Below are positions 17,716 to 28,035 of a stretch of 64,000 bases of DNA, in pieces. A model generated the notes under the pieces. That model was given only the letters and a program-made list of their open reading frames with translations, ran no database searches and was not told where the DNA came from. Source of the DNA: an uncultured Solirubrobacteraceae bacterium (lineage in GTDB: Bacteria; Actinomycetota; Thermoleophilia; Solirubrobacterales; Solirubrobacteraceae); NCBI GenBank assembly GCA_963802905.1, contig CAWDKH010000008.1, positions 360,064 to 424,063 of the forward strand, in the 5' to 3' direction. Every line of letters begins with the position of its first letter. Positions within the stretch are counted from its first letter, which is position 1. Position numbers and translations under genes: made by a program.

Positions 17716-18585
17716 ATGGAACAGCAGACTCAGTGGCTCCCGCCGACCCCGGCGACCTCGCCAGAGGCCCCGGCGGCGCCGCCCCCACGCCCGCCCTACG
17801 AACAGCAGCGCAAGCCGCTGCTGCAGCGCATCTTCGGCCCGCTGGTCGTCGCCGGCGCGCTCCTGCTCAAGTTCGGCAAGGTCGGGCTGCTGCTGCTCAC
17901 GAAGGCGAAGTTCCTCACCACGTCGGCGTCGATGCTCGTCTCGGTCGCCGCCTACGCGCTGATCTGGGGCTGGAAGTTCGCGGCGGGCTTCGTCGGACTG
18001 CTGTTCATCCACGAGATGGGCCACTACATCCAGCTGCGCCGCGAGGGGGTCAAGCCGAGCGGGATGGTGTTCATCCCGTTCCTCGGCGCGGCCGTCGCCA
18101 CGCGCTCGCTCGGCGGCTCCGCGCTCGCCGAGGCGCGTGTCGGCCTGGCCGGCCCGATCCTGGGCTCGATCGCCTGCCTGATCCCGGCCGCGTTGTGGAT
18201 CGCCACCGGCGAGGAGTTCTGGCAGGCGCTCGCGTTCACCGGCTTCTTCCTCAACCTCTTCAACCTGATCCCGGTCGTGCCGTTCGACGGCGGCCGCGCG
18301 ATGGCGGCGATGACGCCGTGGATGTGGTTCGTCGGCCTCGGCGCGATGGCCGCGCTGCTGCTCGTGGCGCCGAACCCGTTCGTGCTCCTGTTCCTCGTCC
18401 TCGGCGCGTTCACGACCTACCAGCGCTGGAAGACCCGCAAGGCCGGCGAGGAGGGCAACGCCGACTACTACCGCGTCAAGCCCGCACACCGGCTCGCGGT
18501 CGGCATCGTCTACGTGGGCCTGCTCGTGCTGCTCGGCGTCGGGATGGACCTGACGCACCTCGAGCGCACATTTAGCGACGCCTAG
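17716..18585 (+). CDS. site-2 protease (peptidase M50) family membrane protein
   Basis: Multi-TM protein with HEMGHYIQ (HExxH) and a downstream NLIPVVPFDGG motif. Confidence 0.8.
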   Translation: MEQQTQWLPPTPATSPEAPAAPPPRPPYEQQRKPLLQRIFGPLVVAGALLLKFGKVGLLLLTKAKFLTTSASMLVSVAAYALIWGWKFAAGFVGLLFIHEMGHYIQLRREGVKPSGMVFIPFLGAAVATRSLGGSALAEARVGLAGPILGSIACLIPAALWIATGEEFWQALAFTGFFLNLFNLIPVVPFDGGRAMAAMTPWMWFVGLGAMAALLLVAPNPFVLLFLVLGAFTTYQRWKTRKAGEEGNADYYRVKPAHRLAVGIVYVGLLVLLGVGMDLTHLERTFSDA

Positions 18586-19022
18586 CGGCGCACCGCCCGT
18601 TCCATCTCGCGCTTCATCTCGCGCTCCTTGATCGCGCGGCGCTTGTCGCCGACGTCCTTGCCCTTGGCGAGCGCGATCTCGACCTTGGCGTGCGAGCCCT
18701 TGAAGTACATCCGCGTCGGCACGAGCGTCAGCCCCTTCTCGCGCGTCTTGCCGATCAGCCGCTCGATCTCGCGCCGGTGCATCAGCAGCTTGCGCGGGCG
18801 TTCGGGCTCGTGGTTCTCCGTCGTGGCGGGCGGATACTGCGCGATGTGGACGTTGTAGAGCCACACCTCGCCGTCACGCAGCGCCGCGTAACCGTCCTTG
18901 AGCTGGGCCTTGCCGTCGCGCAGCGACTTGACCTCCGAGCCTTGGAGCACGAGGCCGGCCTCCCACCTCTCGAGCAGCTCGTAGCGGTAGGAGGCTTGTT
19001 TGTTGCGGGCGATGTCAGCCAT
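18582..19022 (-). CDS. smpB: SsrA-binding protein
   Basis: NKQASYRYELLERWEAGLVLQGSEVKSLR...LLMHRREI...GLTLVPTRMYFKG. Confidence 0.95.
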   Translation of the reverse strand: MADIARNKQASYRYELLERWEAGLVLQGSEVKSLRDGKAQLKDGYAALRDGEVWLYNVHIAQYPPATTENHEPERPRKLLMHRREIERLIGKTREKGLTLVPTRMYFKGSHAKVEIALAKGKDVGDKRRAIKEREMKREMERAVRR

Positions 19023-20757
19023 CGGAGGCCCCCAAGGTTACGGGGGACAGATCCACCCTCCCGCGCGGCGCGTCGACGCGGTCGACCTGCACGACGACCG
19101 GATCGCCGAGCCGCAGCGCCATCCCGGACTGCGAGCCGACGAGCATCGTCTCCTCCTCGTTGAGCTCCCACCAGTCGCCGCGCAGGCGCCGCACCGGCAG
19201 CATTCCCTCGTAGCCCTCGCCGAAGGCGACGAACGCGCCGGCGCCGATCACGCCGATCACCTCGCCCGCCCACTCCTCGTGCCAGCCGCGCTTGAACAGC
19301 TCGGCCTCGAGCAGGAAGCAGCGGGCGACGTCGTCGGCCGCGCGCTCGATCGACATCGCGTCGCGCTCGCGCTTGGAGCACCACTCGCCCGCCTCCCCCA
19401 TCGACGACGCCGCCGGCGCGTCCTCCCCGCCGCCGACCGCGGACAGCAGCGCGCGGTGGCAGATCAGGTCGGGGTAGCGCCGAATCGGCGACGTGAAGTG
19501 GCAGTAGCGCGGCGAGGCCAGGCCGGCGTGGCCCGTGTTGACCGGGTCGTAACGGGCCTGCTTGAGCGAGCGCAGGACGAGCGACGTCAGCGCCGCGCGG
19601 CCGCGGCCGGTACGGCGAACGTGCGCGTCGACCATGCGCGAGATCTCGCCCACCGCGTCCTCGGCCTCCTGCGGCGACATCGGGTCGGGCAGCGGCGGCG
19701 TCGGGACGTCGAGCGAGGCGAGCTGCTCGGCCAGGCGCTTCACGCGCGCGGGCTCGGGCCGCTCGTGGACGCGGTAGAGCGCGGCGATCTTGCGCGTGTC
19801 GAGCAGCGTCGCCACCGCCTCGTTGGCGGCGATCATCAGGTGCTCGATCAGCCGATGCGACTCCGTCGCCTCGCTGCCCGCGAGCCCGGTCACGTGCCCC
19901 TCGTGGGAGAAGTCGAACTCCGGCTCCACGGTCTCGACGGCGAGCGCGCCGCGCGACTGCCGCGCAGCGTCGAGCGCGGCGGCGGCCTCGCGGGCGGCGG
20001 CCAGCGGCTCGGCCCACGGCGCCTTCGCGGCCTCCTCGCCGGCGAAGATGCGGTCGACGCGCGGGTAGTCGAGCCGCTCGTCGGAGCGGATCGTCGAGCG
20101 CGTGAACGCGCTCCGGCGCACCTTCGCCCCCTCGAGCTCGAGCTCGACAGTGACCGCCAGGCGGTCCTCGCCGGGCACGAGCGAGCACGCCTGGTTCGAC
20201 AGCGCCTCCGGCAGCATCGGCTCGACCTTGTCGGGGACGTAGACGCTGGTGGCGCGGCGATGCGCCTCGCGGTCGACCAGCGAGCCGGGCGGGACGTGGG
20301 CGGCGACGTCGGCGATGTGGACCCAGATGCGGATCGCGCCGTCGTCGAGCCGCTCGGCGGAGATCGCGTCGTCGAAGTCGCGCGCGGTCGGCGGGTCGAT
20401 CGTGAAGGTCGGGAGGTGGCGGAGATCGCGCCGCGGCCCTGCGTCTCCGTGCGGCGGCTGCTCGGCAGCGGCGCGCGCCGCGCGCTCGACCGCCGGGTCG
20501 AAGCGCCGCCGCAGTCCACGGTCGAGCATCAGCGCCTCGAGCACGTCGCGCGCGGTGTCGGGTCGGCCGAGCCGCCGCAGCACCTTGCCGTGGCCGCCGC
20601 CGCGGCCCGTCGGGCGCACGAGCACGAGGTCACCCATGCGCACCTCGCGCGCCGGCTTGTCGAGGTTGATGCGGCGCCCGCGCGCGAAGAACGGGGTCGC
20701 GGTGAAGAACCGGCCGCGCTTCTCGAGGACGGCAACGACCGGGTGGGCGTCGCTCAC
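19015..20757 (-). CDS. rnr: ribonuclease R / RNB-family 3'-5' exoribonuclease
   Basis: RNB catalytic motifs (TIDPPTARDFDDAIS, SVYVPDKVEPMLPEALSNQACSL) and a C-terminal S1-like domain. GTG start overlaps the upstream stop. Confidence 0.85.
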   Translation of the reverse strand: MSDAHPVVAVLEKRGRFFTATPFFARGRRINLDKPAREVRMGDLVLVRPTGRGGGHGKVLRRLGRPDTARDVLEALMLDRGLRRRFDPAVERAARAAAEQPPHGDAGPRRDLRHLPTFTIDPPTARDFDDAISAERLDDGAIRIWVHIADVAAHVPPGSLVDREAHRRATSVYVPDKVEPMLPEALSNQACSLVPGEDRLAVTVELELEGAKVRRSAFTRSTIRSDERLDYPRVDRIFAGEEAAKAPWAEPLAAAREAAAALDAARQSRGALAVETVEPEFDFSHEGHVTGLAGSEATESHRLIEHLMIAANEAVATLLDTRKIAALYRVHERPEPARVKRLAEQLASLDVPTPPLPDPMSPQEAEDAVGEISRMVDAHVRRTGRGRAALTSLVLRSLKQARYDPVNTGHAGLASPRYCHFTSPIRRYPDLICHRALLSAVGGGEDAPAASSMGEAGEWCSKRERDAMSIERAADDVARCFLLEAELFKRGWHEEWAGEVIGVIGAGAFVAFGEGYEGMLPVRRLRGDWWELNEEETMLVGSQSGMALRLGDPVVVQVDRVDAPRGRVDLSPVTLGASDG

Positions 20758-21977
20758 GCGTGCCCGCGCACCGCGGTGCGCACGGCGACGTCGAGCGCCT
20801 CGTCGCGCTTCGTCTTGTCGTTGTCCTGCGCCTTCACGTCCGGCGTGATGCCCGCACCCTTCTTCGGCCCACCGCCGCCGAGGTTGCGGCCCTTGGGCGT
20901 GAAGTACTCGCCGACGGTGATGTCGAGCGCGCCGCCGTTGGAGAGCTCCTTGATCTCCTGGAAGACGCCCTTGCCGAACGTGCGCGTGCCGACGACGGTC
21001 GCGCGGTCGCGGTCCTGCAGCGCGCCGGTGACGATCTCCGACGCCGACGCGGACTCGCCGTTGACGAGCACCGCGACGGGGATCTTGGTCGAGATCGAGG
21101 AGCCCGTCGCCTCGAACACGTGCTCCGGGCGCGAGCGCCCCTTCGTCGTCACGATCTTGCCCTCGGGGATGAAGAGCGAGGAGATCAGCACCGCCTCGTT
21201 GAGGAGCCCGCCGCCGTTGTCGCGGAGGTCGAGCACGACCCCCTTGGCGCCCTTGCCGACCAGCTTCCGGACCGCCCTGCTGACCTCGCCGTGGGCGCCC
21301 GACGTGAAGCTCGCGAGCTTGACGTAGGCGACCTTGCGGCCGTCCTTGCGGATCATCTTCGACTCGACCACGGGGACGTCGACCTTCGCCCGCTCGAGCT
21401 TGACGTCGCGCGGCTTGTCCTTCCCGCTGACGACGGTCAGCGTGACGTTCGTCCCCGCCGGGCCCTTGATGCGGGTCGTCGCCTCCTCGGACGACGCGCC
21501 CTTGAGCGGGTTTCCGTTGACGGCGATGATCTCGTCGCCCGGCTCGAGCCCGCCCTTGGCGGCCGGCGAGCCCTTGAAGACGGTGAGGATGCGCAGCCCG
21601 CGCGGCACCTCCTCGACGTTCATGCCGACGCCCTCGAAGGCACCCTCGGTGGCCTCCTCGAACGACTTGTAGGCCTTCGGGTCGAAGTAGGTGGAGAAGC
21701 GGTCGTTGAGCGACTCGACCGCCGAGCCGAGCGCCTTGTCGAGCAGCTGCTTGCGGTCGACCTTGCGGTAGTAGTCGTCCGAGATGATGTCGGCGGCCTC
21801 GTCATAGAGCTGCGAGTCGTCGTCGCCGACCAGCGTGTTGCGGACCCCGCCGGGCAGGTAGTCGGGGTGTCCGCCGAGCCAGATGCCGCCCGCCAGGAGG
21901 ACGAGCACCAGCAACGCGCCGAGCGGCACGAGGTACGGCCTGCGGCGGCGGCGCGCTCCATTTTCCACAGAGAACAC
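20754..21977 (-). CDS. S41 family C-terminal processing peptidase
   Basis: N-terminal TM, PDZ domain (GSPAAKGGLEPGDEIIAVNG), then the S41 core (LDLRDNGGGLL...NGESASASEI). Confidence 0.9.
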   Translation of the reverse strand: MFSVENGARRRRRPYLVPLGALLVLVLLAGGIWLGGHPDYLPGGVRNTLVGDDDSQLYDEAADIISDDYYRKVDRKQLLDKALGSAVESLNDRFSTYFDPKAYKSFEEATEGAFEGVGMNVEEVPRGLRILTVFKGSPAAKGGLEPGDEIIAVNGNPLKGASSEEATTRIKGPAGTNVTLTVVSGKDKPRDVKLERAKVDVPVVESKMIRKDGRKVAYVKLASFTSGAHGEVSRAVRKLVGKGAKGVVLDLRDNGGGLLNEAVLISSLFIPEGKIVTTKGRSRPEHVFEATGSSISTKIPVAVLVNGESASASEIVTGALQDRDRATVVGTRTFGKGVFQEIKELSNGGALDITVGEYFTPKGRNLGGGGPKKGAGITPDVKAQDNDKTKRDEALDVAVRTAVRGHA

Positions 21978-22009
21978 GGTACTGCGCGAAATGTGGCCTT
22001 CCTAAGACC

Positions 22010-22909
22010 TCAGACGCGCAGGAAGCGGCGCAGCGACAGGCCTGAGCCGATCGCCGAGACGCCGACCGACGCGCCGAGCAGGACCGCGATCAGCAAGCCG
22101 AAGTTGATCGTGTCTGGCGCGGCGATCAGCGCGAACTCCGCCGACAGCGGATCCACCAGCGCGATCTTGACCACGCCGAGCAGCAGGATCGCCATGATCC
22201 CGCCCAGCGCCCCCACCAGCACGCCCTCGAGCACGAACGGCCAGCGGATGAACCAGTCCGTCGCGCCCACGAGCTTCATGACCTCGACCTCGCGGCGGCG
22301 CGCGTACAGCGACAACTTGATCGTGTTGGCGATCAGCAGTACCGAGGCGACGCACAGCAGCACGGCGAGCAGGGCCATCGTGATCTTCACGACGCGGGTG
22401 GCGGAGAGGATCTTGTTGGTGTCCTCCTCGCGGTTGCGGACCTCGTCGATCGCGGGGTCGATCACGGTCCGGCCGCCCGACGGCGCGAGCGGCGCCAGCG
22501 CGTTGCGGATCTTGGAGATGTTGTCCGGCTTGTCGGGATAGACCCGGAACGTGTCGGGCAGCGGGTTGGAGCCCAGCAGCTCGTAGTACTCGCCGCGGCC
22601 GGCCTTGCGCTCGGCGGCGATCGCCTTTTCCTTCGGGACGTAGACGACGCGCGCGACGTGCGGGGTCTCGTTCTCGATGATCCCGCGCACGCGGTCGACC
22701 TCGGCCGGGGTCGACCGCGGCTGCAGGTAGACGTCGGCGATCACGCGCGACCGGACCTCGTTGGCGGCGCCGGTGGTCGCCTGCACGACGGGGATGAAGA
22801 CCCCGAGCACGAGCACGGTGACGAGCACCGTGGCCATGGCGGCGAACGAGGGCACCGCGTTGCGCGTGAGCGCCCGCACCGCCTCGTGGAAGAAGAAGCC
22901 GAACCTCAC
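22010..22909 (-). CDS. ftsX: cell-division ABC transporter permease FtsX
   Basis: [17 protein letters not shown], a large extracytoplasmic loop and 3 C-terminal TMs. Overlaps the ftsE stop. Confidence 0.9.
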   Translation of the reverse strand: MRFGFFFHEAVRALTRNAVPSFAAMATVLVTVLVLGVFIPVVQATTGAANEVRSRVIADVYLQPRSTPAEVDRVRGIIENETPHVARVVYVPKEKAIAAERKAGRGEYYELLGSNPLPDTFRVYPDKPDNISKIRNALAPLAPSGGRTVIDPAIDEVRNREEDTNKILSATRVVKITMALLAVLLCVASVLLIANTIKLSLYARRREVEVMKLVGATDWFIRWPFVLEGVLVGALGGIMAILLLGVVKIALVDPLSAEFALIAAPDTINFGLLIAVLLGASVGVSAIGSGLSLRRFLRV

Positions 22910-23667
22910 GTCGAGTACCCGCCGTGGGCCTCGTCGCGAATCACGTGGCCCTCGGACAGCTCGATCACGCGGCGGCGCATGCGGTCGACCATCGACTTGT
23001 CGTGGGTGGCGACGATCACGGTCGTGCCGGTGCGGTTGATCCGGTAGAGCAGCTGCATGATCCCGATCGAGGTCTCGGGGTCGAGGTTGCCGGTCGGCTC
23101 GTCGGCCAGCAGCAGCGGCGGGTGGTTGACGAACGCGCGCGCGACCGAGACGCGCTGCTGCTCGCCGCCGGAGAGCTGGTCGGGGAAGTTGTGCAGCTTC
23201 GTCGAGAGCCCGGTCAGGCGCAGGATGTCCGGCACCTTCTCGCGGATCTCGCGCCGCGTCCCGCCGGTGACCTGGAGGGCGTAGGCGACGTTGTCGTGCA
23301 CCGTGCGGCTCGGCAGCAGCTTGAAGTCCTGGAACACCACGCCGATGTTGCGGCGGTAGTAGGGGATCCTCGAACGCCCCACCTCGCCGAGGTCATGGCC
23401 GGCGACGGTGATCGAGCCGAACGTCGGCTCGGACTCCTTGATCAGCAGCCGCATCAGGGTCGACTTGCCCGAGCCCGAGGCGCCGACGACGAACACGAAC
23501 TCGCCCGGCTGGACCGCGAAGGTCACGTCCTCGACGCCGATGGCGGTCTTGGAGTAGCGCTTCGTCACCGACCGGAGGTCGACGATCGCGCCCTCGACCG
23601 GGGGCGGCAGGACACTGCGTCGGGGCGCCGGAGCGCTGCGGCGTGGGCGATTGTCGGTAGCGGCCAT
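22906..23667 (-). CDS. ftsE: cell-division ATP-binding protein FtsE
   Basis: Walker [10 protein letters not shown], signature LSGGEQQRV, Walker [13 protein letters not shown]. Confidence 0.9.
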   Translation of the reverse strand: MAATDNRPRRSAPAPRRSVLPPPVEGAIVDLRSVTKRYSKTAIGVEDVTFAVQPGEFVFVVGASGSGKSTLMRLLIKESEPTFGSITVAGHDLGEVGRSRIPYYRRNIGVVFQDFKLLPSRTVHDNVAYALQVTGGTRREIREKVPDILRLTGLSTKLHNFPDQLSGGEQQRVSVARAFVNHPPLLLADEPTGNLDPETSIGIMQLLYRINRTGTTVIVATHDKSMVDRMRRRVIELSEGHVIRDEAHGGYST

Positions 23668-23740
23668 CGCGAAGCGGGAGGGTACCGAGGGCAGTTCGGC
23701 GCCCTGGCAAGAAGCCCTGCATCCTCGCTAGCCTCAAGGG

Positions 23741-24991
23741 ATGCCCTCGATCCGATCCCAGACCGTCGAGAACGGTCTTCCCATCCATCACGTCGAGCTC
23801 GAGGGCACGCGCGCCGCGACTGTGCTCGTCGCGTTCGAGGCCGGCGCGCGCACCGAGCGCGCCGAGGAAAACGGCATGGCCCACTTCCTCGAGCACCTCG
23901 TGTTCAAGGGCGGCGAGCTCTACGACGACTACCGCAAGGTCAACGAGACCGCCGAGCAGATGGGCGCGGTGCTCAACGCCTACACGTCGCACGACGTCGT
24001 CGCCTTCCACCTCACCTGCCGCGCCGAGGTCGTCCCCAAGGCGATCGACCTGCTGACCGACTTCGCCGGCCGCCCGAAGATCGACGCCGACGAGCTCGAT
24101 CGCGAGCGCGGCGTCGTCGTGCAGGAGATCGCACGCGCGAAGGACACGCCGTCGGTCGTCGCCGAGCACCTGATCGACCGCGCCGCGTTCGGCGACCACC
24201 CGCTCGGCCGCCCTGTGCTCGGGCCGCCGGAGCACATCCAGAGCTTCACGCGCGACGCGATCGTCGCGTTCCGCGAGCGCCAGTGGGCGGGCTCGCGCGG
24301 CGGCGCCTTCCTGGTCGGCAACCTCGAGCACGTGCCGGAGGACGGCGTGCTCGCCGAGGCGTTCGGGCGCTTCCCGGCGATCTCGCCCAACGGCGGCTAC
24401 GAGCCGGCACCGACGTTCACCCCGCAGACGCTGGTCGAGGAGCGCGACTCCAACCAGTCCCACCTGCGGATCTCCTATCGCCCGACGATCGACCCGCGCA
24501 GCCGCGAGCAGCGCGCCGCGCTGTCGGTCTACTCGACGCTGCTGGGCGGCTCGATGGGCTCGCGGCTGTTCGACGAGATCCGCGAGCAGCGCGGGCTCGC
24601 GTACTCGGTCTACTCCGTCGACCACACCTTTGCCGACGTGCCGATCCTCCAGCTCTCGGCCGGGCTCGAGTCCGGCAAGACCGTCGAGGCATACCACTGC
24701 ATGCGCGGGATCGTCGACGACCTGCGCGAGAACGGGCCGCGCCCGGAGGAGTTCGAGCGCGCCCGCGCCTACTCCGCCGGCCGGCGGGTGCTGGCGTTCG
24801 AGAACACCAACGCCGTGGCGCGCTACGCGGCCAACCAGACCGTGCTGTTCGGGGAGGACATCGACCCCGACCAGGCGATCGCCGCGCTCGACGAGACGAC
24901 GCTCGAGGGCGTGGCAGAGATCGCCCGCGGCATCTCCGTCGAGGCCTCGGTGGCCTGCGTCGGGCCGCACGAAGTGTCCGAGTTTGCGTAG
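23741..24991 (+). CDS. M16 (pitrilysin) family zinc peptidase
   Basis: HFLEH (HxxEH) zinc motif near the N-terminus. 416 aa. Confidence 0.85.
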   Translation: MPSIRSQTVENGLPIHHVELEGTRAATVLVAFEAGARTERAEENGMAHFLEHLVFKGGELYDDYRKVNETAEQMGAVLNAYTSHDVVAFHLTCRAEVVPKAIDLLTDFAGRPKIDADELDRERGVVVQEIARAKDTPSVVAEHLIDRAAFGDHPLGRPVLGPPEHIQSFTRDAIVAFRERQWAGSRGGAFLVGNLEHVPEDGVLAEAFGRFPAISPNGGYEPAPTFTPQTLVEERDSNQSHLRISYRPTIDPRSREQRAALSVYSTLLGGSMGSRLFDEIREQRGLAYSVYSVDHTFADVPILQLSAGLESGKTVEAYHCMRGIVDDLRENGPRPEEFERARAYSAGRRVLAFENTNAVARYAANQTVLFGEDIDPDQAIAALDETTLEGVAEIARGISVEASVACVGPHEVSEFA

Positions 24992-25043
24992 CGCGTAACA
25001 GGACCGACACGCGAGACGGGGGTCGCGTGGCAGGCTTCCGGTT

Positions 25044-26786
25044 ATGTCAATCCTTCGCCTGCTGGGGGCGGCCGGCGCGCTTCTGCTCGTCCTGGCCAGC
25101 CCCGCGGCCGCACACCAGCGCCACCACCACCATCAAAAGCCCAAGGACGTGAAGGTCCAGCTACTGGCCTTCAACGACTTCCACGGGAACATCCAGACCT
25201 CCACCACCGGTGGGATCCGCATCGATCCGGCGACGACGCCGCCGACGTCCAAGGCCGCGGGCGGCGCGGCGATCCTCGCCAGCTACGTGCGCGAGCTCCA
25301 GAAGGGGCAGCGCAACTCGCTCGTCGTCGCCGCCGGCGACATGATCGGCGCCAGCCCGCTGGTCTCCGCGCTCTACCACGACGAGCCGACGATCGAGGCC
25401 CTGAACAAGATCGGGCTCGATGTGACTTCCGTGGGCAACCACGAGTTCGACGAGGGCGAGGCGGAGCTCAAGCGCATGCAACGCGGTGGCTGCCACCCGA
25501 CGGACGGTTGCCAGACCGGCCACACGTTCGAGGGCGCGGACTTCAAGTACCTCGCCGCCAACGTCGTCCACAAGGACGACGCGAGCACGCTCTTCCGGCC
25601 CTACACGATTCGCAAGTTCCAGGGCAAGAAGATCGGGTTCATCGGCATGACGCTCGAGGGGACGCCGCAGATCGTCGCGCCGTCGGGCATCAGCAACCTC
25701 AACTTCCTCGACGAAGCGGCGACGGCCAACCGCTACGCCAAGGAGCTCAAGCGCAAGCACGGCGTGAAGGCGATCGTCGTGCTGCTGCACGAGGGCGGTG
25801 TCCAGACCGTCCCGTTCAACACCAACCCCGCCAGCTACAACGGCTGCGTCGGCATCTCCGGCCCGGTCGTGGACATCGTCAGCAACACCACCGACGACGT
25901 CGACATGTTCATCACCGGCCACACGCATCAGCCGTACAACTGCCTGATCGACAACCGCCCGGTCACGAGCGCGAGCTCGTTCGGCCGGCTGATCTCGAAC
26001 ATCAACCTCACGCTCGGCCGCAGCGGCGACGTGTCGAAGGTGACGGCCGAGAACCTCCCGATGTACGCGGACGGGCGCACGCCCGCGGCGGACGTCGACA
26101 AGCTCGTCAAGTACTACGAGGACCGCTCGGCTCCGCTGCGTCAGCGGGAGGTCGGCAGGATCGTCCCGCCGATCACGCGCGACTTCGACGCCTCGCGCGA
26201 GAACCAGGCCGGCAACCTGATCGCCGACGCGCAGCTCGCAGACACCGACGAGGCCGGCCGCGGCAACGCGGTAGGCGCGCTGATGAACCCGGGCGGCGTG
26301 CGCGCCGACTTCACGGGCGACGCGATCGTCACCTACGAGGAGGCGTTCACGGTCCAACCGTTCAACAACCTGGTCGCCACCCAGACCTATACGGGGGCGC
26401 AGCTGCTGGACGTGCTGAAGGACCAGTGGTGCGGGACGAACTCGCAGCCGACGGTGCTGCTGCCGTCGAGCACCATCAACTACACGTTCAACCAGACCGT
26501 GGCCACCTCAATCCTCGGCAAGCCGTGCGCGACCGCGGCGAACCCGGTGAGCGGGGTCACGATCGGCGGCGTGGCGCTGAACACGGCCACCTCGTACCGG
26601 ATCACGACGAACAACTTCCTCGCCGACGGCGGGGATGACTTCCAGTCGCTGAAGGCCGGGACGGACCGCACGACGCTGTCGGACTTCGACATCGACTCGC
26701 TTGTGCGCTACCTGGCGCCGACGCTGCAACCGGGGGCGACGCCGAGGGCGGCCCCGGAGCTGGATCGCATCGACGTCACCCCGTAG
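25044..26786 (+). CDS. secreted bifunctional metallophosphatase / 5'-nucleotidase
   Basis: Signal peptide, NDFHGN, GNHEFDEG and ITGHTHQ metallophosphatase motifs, and a C-terminal 5'-nucleotidase domain. Confidence 0.85.
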   Translation: MSILRLLGAAGALLLVLASPAAAHQRHHHHQKPKDVKVQLLAFNDFHGNIQTSTTGGIRIDPATTPPTSKAAGGAAILASYVRELQKGQRNSLVVAAGDMIGASPLVSALYHDEPTIEALNKIGLDVTSVGNHEFDEGEAELKRMQRGGCHPTDGCQTGHTFEGADFKYLAANVVHKDDASTLFRPYTIRKFQGKKIGFIGMTLEGTPQIVAPSGISNLNFLDEAATANRYAKELKRKHGVKAIVVLLHEGGVQTVPFNTNPASYNGCVGISGPVVDIVSNTTDDVDMFITGHTHQPYNCLIDNRPVTSASSFGRLISNINLTLGRSGDVSKVTAENLPMYADGRTPAADVDKLVKYYEDRSAPLRQREVGRIVPPITRDFDASRENQAGNLIADAQLADTDEAGRGNAVGALMNPGGVRADFTGDAIVTYEEAFTVQPFNNLVATQTYTGAQLLDVLKDQWCGTNSQPTVLLPSSTINYTFNQTVATSILGKPCATAANPVSGVTIGGVALNTATSYRITTNNFLADGGDDFQSLKAGTDRTTLSDFDIDSLVRYLAPTLQPGATPRAAPELDRIDVTP

Positions 26787-26801
26787 GGAGTACCGGACGG
26801 T

Positions 26802-26828
26802 GCGGCGGCGGCCTTGCGCCGCCGCCGC
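26802..26828 (+). terminator. perfect GC hairpin after the 5'-nucleotidase gene
   Basis: GCGGCGGCGGC-CTTGC-GCCGCCGCCGC (11-bp stem), 15 nt after the stop. It overlaps the first codons of track ORF 26814, which argues for a later start for that ORF. Confidence 0.5.
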
Positions 26829-26852
26829 CCGTTCCGGGACAATCGGCGGCGT

Positions 26853-27212
26853 TTGACGGAGCCAGAGCTCAACCGCCGGGAGCTCGAGCGCTATCTGGAG
26901 CGCGTGACGGACCGCTGGCCGGTCCAGCGTGCGCTGCTGGGCGGTGCTCGGGTCGACGATCTCCACGGCGCGCCGCCGCAGCGCGAGCGCGGGCACGAAT
27001 ACGTGCTCGTGCTGGTGTCCGAGCACTTCGACGGCATCCCGTGGCTGGAGCGCGTCTACCAGGCCGCGAGCCTGTGGGACGCGCTGGAGATGGGCGCCGC
27101 GGCCGAGGTGCACTGCTACACGCCGGCCGAGTTCGAGCGCAAGCGCGAGCAGCTGAGGGTCGTACAGCACGTGGCCGAAGACGGGCTCGAGCTGCTGCCC
27201 GAGCCGGCCTGA
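26853..27212 (+). CDS. degenerate nucleotidyltransferase-fold protein (hypothetical)
   Basis: Resembles small MNT-type nucleotidyltransferases (LLGGARVDD...YVLVLVSEHFDG...CYTPAEFERK). The GS and DxD catalytic motifs are not recognisable. The start is uncertain (TTG 26853 or GTG 26904). Confidence 0.4.
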   Translation: MTEPELNRRELERYLERVTDRWPVQRALLGGARVDDLHGAPPQRERGHEYVLVLVSEHFDGIPWLERVYQAASLWDALEMGAAAEVHCYTPAEFERKREQLRVVQHVAEDGLELLPEPA

Positions 27213-27255
27213 CCTTCGTCCGGGAAGTGACGCAGGGCTGCAGACCGCTGAGGAG

Positions 27256-28035
27256 ATGCCGATCAATGCCTCAATGGCCCGCCTCTTCGCTTCCCTCGCC
27301 CTCCTCATCGTCGCCGCCGCGCTGACCGCCTCCCCCGCGCTCGCCCGCGACCACGACAAGCTCCCCGACCGCTGGGAGCGCAAGCACCACCTCAACGTCA
27401 AGAAGAACGACGCCAGGCGCGATCGCGACCGCGACGGGCTCAACAACCTCCGCGAGTACCGCGCGCACACCAACCCGCGCAAGAAGGACTCCGACCGCGA
27501 CGGGCTCAAGGACGGCGCCGAGCGCCGCTTCGGCTTCAACCCGCGCGACCGCGACTCCGACGACGACGGCATCAAGGACGGCCGCGAGAACGCCGGCAAG
27601 GTCACGAAGCTCTCCAGCTCCTCGATCACGATCCGGCTCGCCGCGGGCGGCAAGCTGACCGCGGGCCTCGGCATGTCCTCGGGCTGCACGCCCGCCGCTG
27701 ACGCCCCCAGCGACCCCGGCGACTCCGCCGACCCCAGCGACAGCGCCGACGATCCGTCAGAGGACACCGGCGACGCTCCCTCCGAGGACCCCGCCGATCC
27801 CGAGACCGACGACGAGACCGACGACAGCCCCGACGCGGACGCCGCCCAGGACGACCCCGCCGACGGCGACGCCTTCGACGACGCCGCCTTCGACCGGCAG
27901 TTCGCCGACGACTTCGCCAACGCCGAGAACTGCGCGCCCAGCAGCCTCAAGCGGGGCGCGCTGGTGCACGAGGCGACGGTCGACCGCTCCGGTTCCGGCC
28001 CGGTCGTCGTCGCCCTGAAGCTCGTCCGCTCCTAG
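27256..28035 (+). CDS. secreted protein with thrombospondin-type-3-like calcium-binding repeats and an acidic tail
   Basis: Signal peptide MARLFASLALLIVAAALTASPALA. Repeats DRDRDGLNNLRE, DSDRDGLKDGAE, DRDSDDDGIKDGRE. Then a long Asp/Pro/Ser-rich low-complexity segment. Alternative start at 27274. Confidence 0.65.
   Translation: MPINASMARLFASLALLIVAAALTASPALARDHDKLPDRWERKHHLNVKKNDARRDRDRDGLNNLREYRAHTNPRKKDSDRDGLKDGAERRFGFNPRDRDSDDDGIKDGRENAGKVTKLSSSSITIRLAAGGKLTAGLGMSSGCTPAADAPSDPGDSADPSDSADDPSEDTGDAPSEDPADPETDDETDDSPDADAAQDDPADGDAFDDAAFDRQFADDFANAENCAPSSLKRGALVHEATVDRSGSGPVVVALKLVRS

Noticed and set aside
26802-26828. GCGGCGGCGGC/GCCGCCGCCGC as a triplet-repeat or CRISPR-like element
   Set aside because: It is a single inverted repeat placed directly after a stop codon. 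It behaves as an intrinsic terminator hairpin, not a repeat array.
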